Part shown: positions 58,711 through 64,000 of the stretch, in pieces
Numbering within the stretch: the stretch's first letter is position 1
How the letters are laid out: each line of letters begins with the position of its first letter
Source of the DNA: Podarcis filfolensis
Lineage: Eukaryota
NCBI GenBank assembly: GCA_964270895.1
Contig: OZ185443.1
DNA: 64,000 nt
Direction: 5' to 3' (one strand)
Position numbers and translations under genes: made by a program
The notes under the pieces: generated by a model
What the model was told of the DNA's origin: nothing
What the model saw: the letters and a program-made list of their open reading frames with translations, nothing else
The model's database searches: none

Positions 58711-60518
58711 ATATGTTTGCTTTGGGGATTTGATAATGCTGCACTGCTTGCTTAACCTTGGAGGGGGGGAGGCTTTAAAAAGCAAGCTGATGCTTCTTCA
58801 TCACATTTGCAATGAGCTGAAAGAATCCTATTCACTGTAAATTGTCAATGTCACTTCTTAGTCAAAGAATTGTTTTCCCTACCCAATTAAATAACATTTT
58901 CTGGGGAACAAGAGTGGAGAGAACTATTGCCCTCCTGTCCTGTTGGTGGCCTGCTAATAAGCATCACTTTGGCCCCAGTAGGTAACAGGATGCCCATATG
59001 GAGTGGGATGTATTTGCGTGGAAGTTTATCAGTTTCATCACTGCTTTTTGCACTGTGCTCAAGGATTTTCAATATGCTGTCCTTAACAGCATCATTTTGC
59101 TCCCCCAACCCTGCATGCACAAGAAATTAACACTCAGCCACCCATATATATATTCACACATATTTCCTAGTGCTAATTAAATCAGATATTTCTCATAAAT
59201 ATTCTGCCATGAGATGCTTCAAACTGTTTGCAATATGATGTTTATCAAGAGGTAGACCCAAATGAAAAGCATGCACATTATGATGAATTTCAAGTCCTGA
59301 GACCAAATGCCAAGATCAACAATTTCATCTAGAATTTGAACACACTCTCAAGCTGCAGAATGATGGGAAATCCCATTTCAACCCTCTTTGCAGATTCATA
59401 ATCTTTTCAGTATATAGAAATGAAAATCGGTATAGACAAACTGGAAATCACTGCAATAAAATGCTAAAGTGAACCAACAACAGAGCCTCAGACCTCACAC
59501 TAGGTTATCTGTAGCAAGAATAAATAGTGCTTATATTATGATGTTGGAGCACAGCAAATATTAAAGGCTAACTTGAATCCCCCATTATCTCTTTGGAGGC
59601 ATCCGCCCACACGTTTTCATTTGAGCAGTATGACTTCAGACTGTGCACACTCAGTGAATTTACTAGCTAGAGAGGAAACCGCAGTACATAAGCACCTCCA
59701 GCACAGCATTGCAAGTTTTCAAAACTAATTGAATCAGCATACAAAAAATGTTTTCCCTATGCAATAAATCTAATTATAAGCAGCCTTTTTATGACATACA
59801 CCTCCCTATAATATGCAAATTTCAATTACTTATTTAGTGTGCCTTCCATATTTCCACACGAATTCCATTTTACACTGAAACTTTTAATAAAACTCAAAAT
59901 CTGCCTCTGAATACTGTTGTTAGGAATGGTCTATGCAAGCATAATAATAGAGTGTTAAGGAAGAGTTGTACTGGGAAGATAATTGAGAAAGCATAAAGCT
60001 ATAGCACTAAAACGGCGTCTAAAGTGAATTTAAGCAAACCAGTAGTTCTCAGTTTCTTCACAGAAAGGGGAAATTGAGAAGCCAAGCCAGAAGAGCACTA
60101 TCATTTTTTTAAAGAAAAAAATCAAAGCAGAATCTCCTATACAGGTATCAACAAAGACAGAAGATGGTTTCATGTCTACTCCTTTGCCCAGAAAGCCATT
60201 CTCCCCAAAAAGTGGTCAGCGTTCTCAGAGACAGTGCAAATTAATTAAGCCTTTCAAAATATTATTTTTAAATACCTGCATGATTCATTGATGTTTAAAA
60301 ATGTCATATCAGTGCAATTATTCATATAACAAAAAATAATGGCCATACCACACAATTTTGCTAGGTAAATGGAGCCTAACTCTTATTATTAATTAATTGA
60401 ATCACACCATACATATATTTTCCTAATAAAATCCACTGTGCTCCCTCACCATGAGCAATGTGTGTTGAATGCCTAGGCAAATGGGGTATGGGTGCAGTTT
60501 CAACACTTAATACATACA

Positions 60519-60640
60519 CAGTGCTATTTTTAGAGAAAAAGAGGTGCCAGAACTCACCATGAGCACCTCGCTTGTTCTCTAATATAAATGGCAGTGGAGC
60601 CCACCTGAGAGGTGCTAGAACTGAGTTCTGGCAGAAAAAA
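60519..60640. mobile_element. MITE remnant
   Basis: Internal direct repeat gaggtgccagaact / gaggtgctagaact, typical of a lizard MITE family. Confidence 0.55.
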
Positions 60641-61513
60641 ATATATATTTGCATAGCTGGATCTATCCATAAAATGAGGTGGCAGCTTCAGTTGCATGAT
60701 AGCTTCAATTGTATATGTTTTCTATGAACAGACAAATCTGGGACTCAGGTCCACTCCCCTGTGGGGAGCCACATCTAACTCCAGATGATACCTGAAGCAA
60801 CCATAGCATAGGACACCATATCATAGCCTTATAATGCATCTATTAAGGACGTGCCCTTTAACAGCTCCAATTTCCCTTGCATTTTGGAGTTTGAGTGAAT
60901 ATAGAAAGTCCTTAACACAACCTATTAAACCTGAGGTTTTTGTTGCTGTTGTTAATTGAATCTAGCTGTCTTTAGTAACACGTACCCACATTTTTGTTGT
61001 TTGGCAGATTCCATCATGTGAGGAACATGTAGACAATATGACCCAATGCCAGCTCTACCATTAGGCGGTGTGAAGCAGCTGCCTTAGGTAGCTGAATTTG
61101 GATGTCATATGAAAAAGCAGCACATTCTTTACTCAATTTATTATAATTGCATTTCTACTACTTCTTGTGGAACTTTCTGCCTCTCATTCCAAATTAGCTT
61201 GGTCAGCCTTGATTGCTATGTACCTTGAGTTGGTGTTTTATTTTTGGGGGTGTGTGTGAATACCATTTGCTGTTTCACTCCAAGCTACAAAATGTCTTGC
61301 ATACCCTTCAATATTTCTCAAATGAACATAGCGACGTCCCATTCCATAATGATAACTTTACTATTTATGCTCACACACATCTTATTGAGTTGCCCCAGCA
61401 CTCTGGCCAGCTTCCAACAATAAAAAAAACATAATAAAACATTAAGCCTTTTTTAAAAAAACAAACCTTCCCTATACAGGATTGTCTTCAGACAGCTTGG
61501 GGGTTGGATAACT

Positions 61514-61651
61514 CCATACCCTCCTACATTTCTCCAATAAAAATAGGGACATCATAAGGAAAAGTGGGACATTCCAGGATCAAATCAGAAACTGGGACAA
61601 CTTCTCCAAATCAGGGAAGTCCCTGGAAAATAGGGATACTTGGAGGGCCTG
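61514..61651. mobile_element. MITE with gggac subrepeats
   Basis: Inverted ends ataccctcc / ggagggcctg and several internal gggaca motifs. A related worn copy lies near 44710-44790. Confidence 0.65.
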
Positions 61652-62741
61652 GTCTTGAGCTGACCACTTAGCTCAGTCACCTATCCACATGACTGTTTCA
61701 CACTGTCACATTATAGATGAGAAGTATACACCAAGTGTGTTATTGGATTTGTTCTACACATATATACAGGAAATGGGAGAAGGCATTTATATTCCTCTGA
61801 AATAAGTAAGGCACTCTGCTAATCATGTTTCTTGCTGAGCCAAAATGGCAATATTCTGTCCTCCCCTACCCACCATCCCCAAAAAACACTTCAAATCATT
61901 AAATCATTCTTAGGATAGCTAATAAAAAGGTCAAAGTGCGCCACTAATGTGAAAGGAGGAAACAAGTAGGATTTAAATTAACAGATGACAGATTTAATGG
62001 ATTAATTATTCCTGACATTCCTACTAAAATGATTGTGTGATAGAATGCAGCATTGCACTAGCTGTTTGAAATATCATGGCTTCTACATTTATCAGATCAA
62101 TTACATCCCCTCAAAATCCACTGTCAGAAATTATTTATTGTGCAAGCTTACAGCAACAGGGCTTTTCTGCTACCAAATTAATTTTGATCCAATAAATTCT
62201 GCTTTTAAACTGTAATCCCCAAGTGCAGCATTAATAATCACAGGTTTAGAAAAAGAGCCAGGGTAGTTACTGCAAGACCATGCTTGGTTCCCTCTGATAT
62301 TTCAAATGCTCCACGAAAAAGAGAGAGAACAGTATTTCCCACACCTAGCCTCAAAAGAAATTATTTGGGGAGTAATTGTAAAATGCTGCTCCTGCAATTC
62401 AATTTAGGTTTTGCATCTACAATAAAGGCCAAATGTCTCTGAAGTACCCTGCTGAAATCAGTACAGGTGTTTCCAGTCTAACTCTAGGAAAAAAAGACCG
62501 TTCGAAAGAAAGCATAGAAAAGGGGAAAGCGCTACTGCGGAGAATGTCAAGAGTGAAGATATACTTCAAATCAATTTTGGCAAGAATCTGAGTTCTTGTT
62601 ATGTCTGGAAGAAATAGATTTTAGCAGGTAGTAGAAAATAACCTCGAGGCTACAATTCCCCCAATCATGTAGATTAAAACAAAAAATTCACAGAGACATT
62701 TGTGGAATCCAGTTATATATCTAGAAATGTCCAAGTTATAC

Positions 62742-62747
<6 letters not shown>

Positions 62748-62790
<43 letters not shown>
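62748..62790. repeat. (TA)n microsatellite
   Basis: Direct reading. Confidence 0.98.
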
Positions 62791-62793
<3 letters not shown>

Positions 62794-64000
62794 TGAAAAA
62801 ACAAAACACAGCAGCATACAGTCACTCTTTCTCTTATAACAAAACACCAAAGCCTGTAGGTGTTATTTAGTCTTTGGAGAAATATCCCAGGACATATTAT
62901 ATGGCAGAGCTGGGGGAGAGTGCTCAAGGCAAACCATTAAGGACTCCGTAGTCTCTTGCATATGGCATAAATAATAATGCTATCTGCCCAAGGTGCCTGG
63001 CTTCTGTTCTTTTCATATATCAGAGCTAGGAAGCTACAGAGAGTCCAAGATATATGAGTCTGTTCAGATTGAAAGAGCCAGGAACTCAGTGAGTATATTT
63101 CTTTTTTGGAGTATTTAATTTCTTCCCTGTCTGCAATGGATTTAGTGGGATGTTCTCACATGTGCCATGGAGAAGGACAGTACTGAGTGAGATACGATCA
63201 AAAATGCTTGCATGACTCACATTTAATGCATTGTTATGGAGACAGCTTGATTAAAAAAAAAAAAAGCATACAGCATGTATTCCATAATGACGCAACTGGG
63301 TCAACCTCCACTGTTATTTAATGAATATATGGTGACTGCAGTTCCTGTCATCTGAGCATGTCTGTCTGTGTTTGACACTCAAAGCCTTCATGTTCAGAAT
63401 CTTAAAAAATTAAGAGGAAAGGTGGGAAAGTGGATTACATGTGTTCCACGTGAACTCTGATTACGGTATAGAACATTAGACTCTCTGGAGATAGCTGCTT
63501 TTAAGCTTCAGTAGGAGTTATCTAACTAGAACTTGAAGATTAATCCCCAGATAACCTATCACTGGAGGCATTAGCGGAAAATCTGCAGTACATTAGAAAA
63601 AGCTTTTGCAACTTCAACATTAGCAACTCCATTGTGAGAGAACACTAATAGAAGGAACAGGTTTGAAACCTACAGCAGGGAGAAATGATGAAGAGTGTAT
63701 CAGTGGAACCTGGAGAAATGAGCCACCCTACCAATTAGTAAGTCATTGCCAACACACCCAAAAAGAAGGTTTGAGACACAGAATATGGAGAGAAAAGGTT
63801 ATATTTATTCAAAACATGGGAATCTGCAAAATGAATAAACCTAATTAACCAAATCAAAGTATAGTGTGAGCAGGGAAGGCTCCCTAAGGCAGGAGGGATA
63901 AATAAACACTTTTTTCTCTCATCTTGTGGCACCGCAGGGAAGGATTGGAATGAATCCTTTCTCCTTGCACCAAGAACCTAGGGTATGTGACCTGACAAGT

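Overview
This is eukaryotic, non-coding-dominated genomic DNA from a squamate reptile, most likely a lacertid lizard. The inference rests on Sauria SINEs, squamate Bov-B, a tRNA-Lys/CR1-tail SINE, CR1/L2/L1 LINEs and lizard-type MITEs. No host protein-coding exon could be identified with confidence, so the window reads like a large intron or gene desert. There is no rRNA gene, functional tRNA or CRISPR array. The only long meaningful ORFs are 5'-truncated retrotransposon pieces: Bov-B 1836-2495, CR1 14083-14973, L1 16066-16428 and L2 31974-32963. The most notable structure is a nested locus at 22056-23924. A Penelope-like inverted pseudo-LTR carrying an apparently intact minimal hammerhead ribozyme is split by a 1435-bp non-coding insertion. 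That insertion contains three identical-looking head-to-tail 311-bp units, each bounded by a perfect 13-bp inverted repeat. It shares a terminal motif with three other relics in the window, one of which carries a decayed SGNH-hydrolase-like ORF, pointing to a Ngaro/DIRS tyrosine-recombinase retroelement family. Repeat family names come from my recollection of consensus sequences, not from a database search. Boundaries without a stated TSD are approximate.
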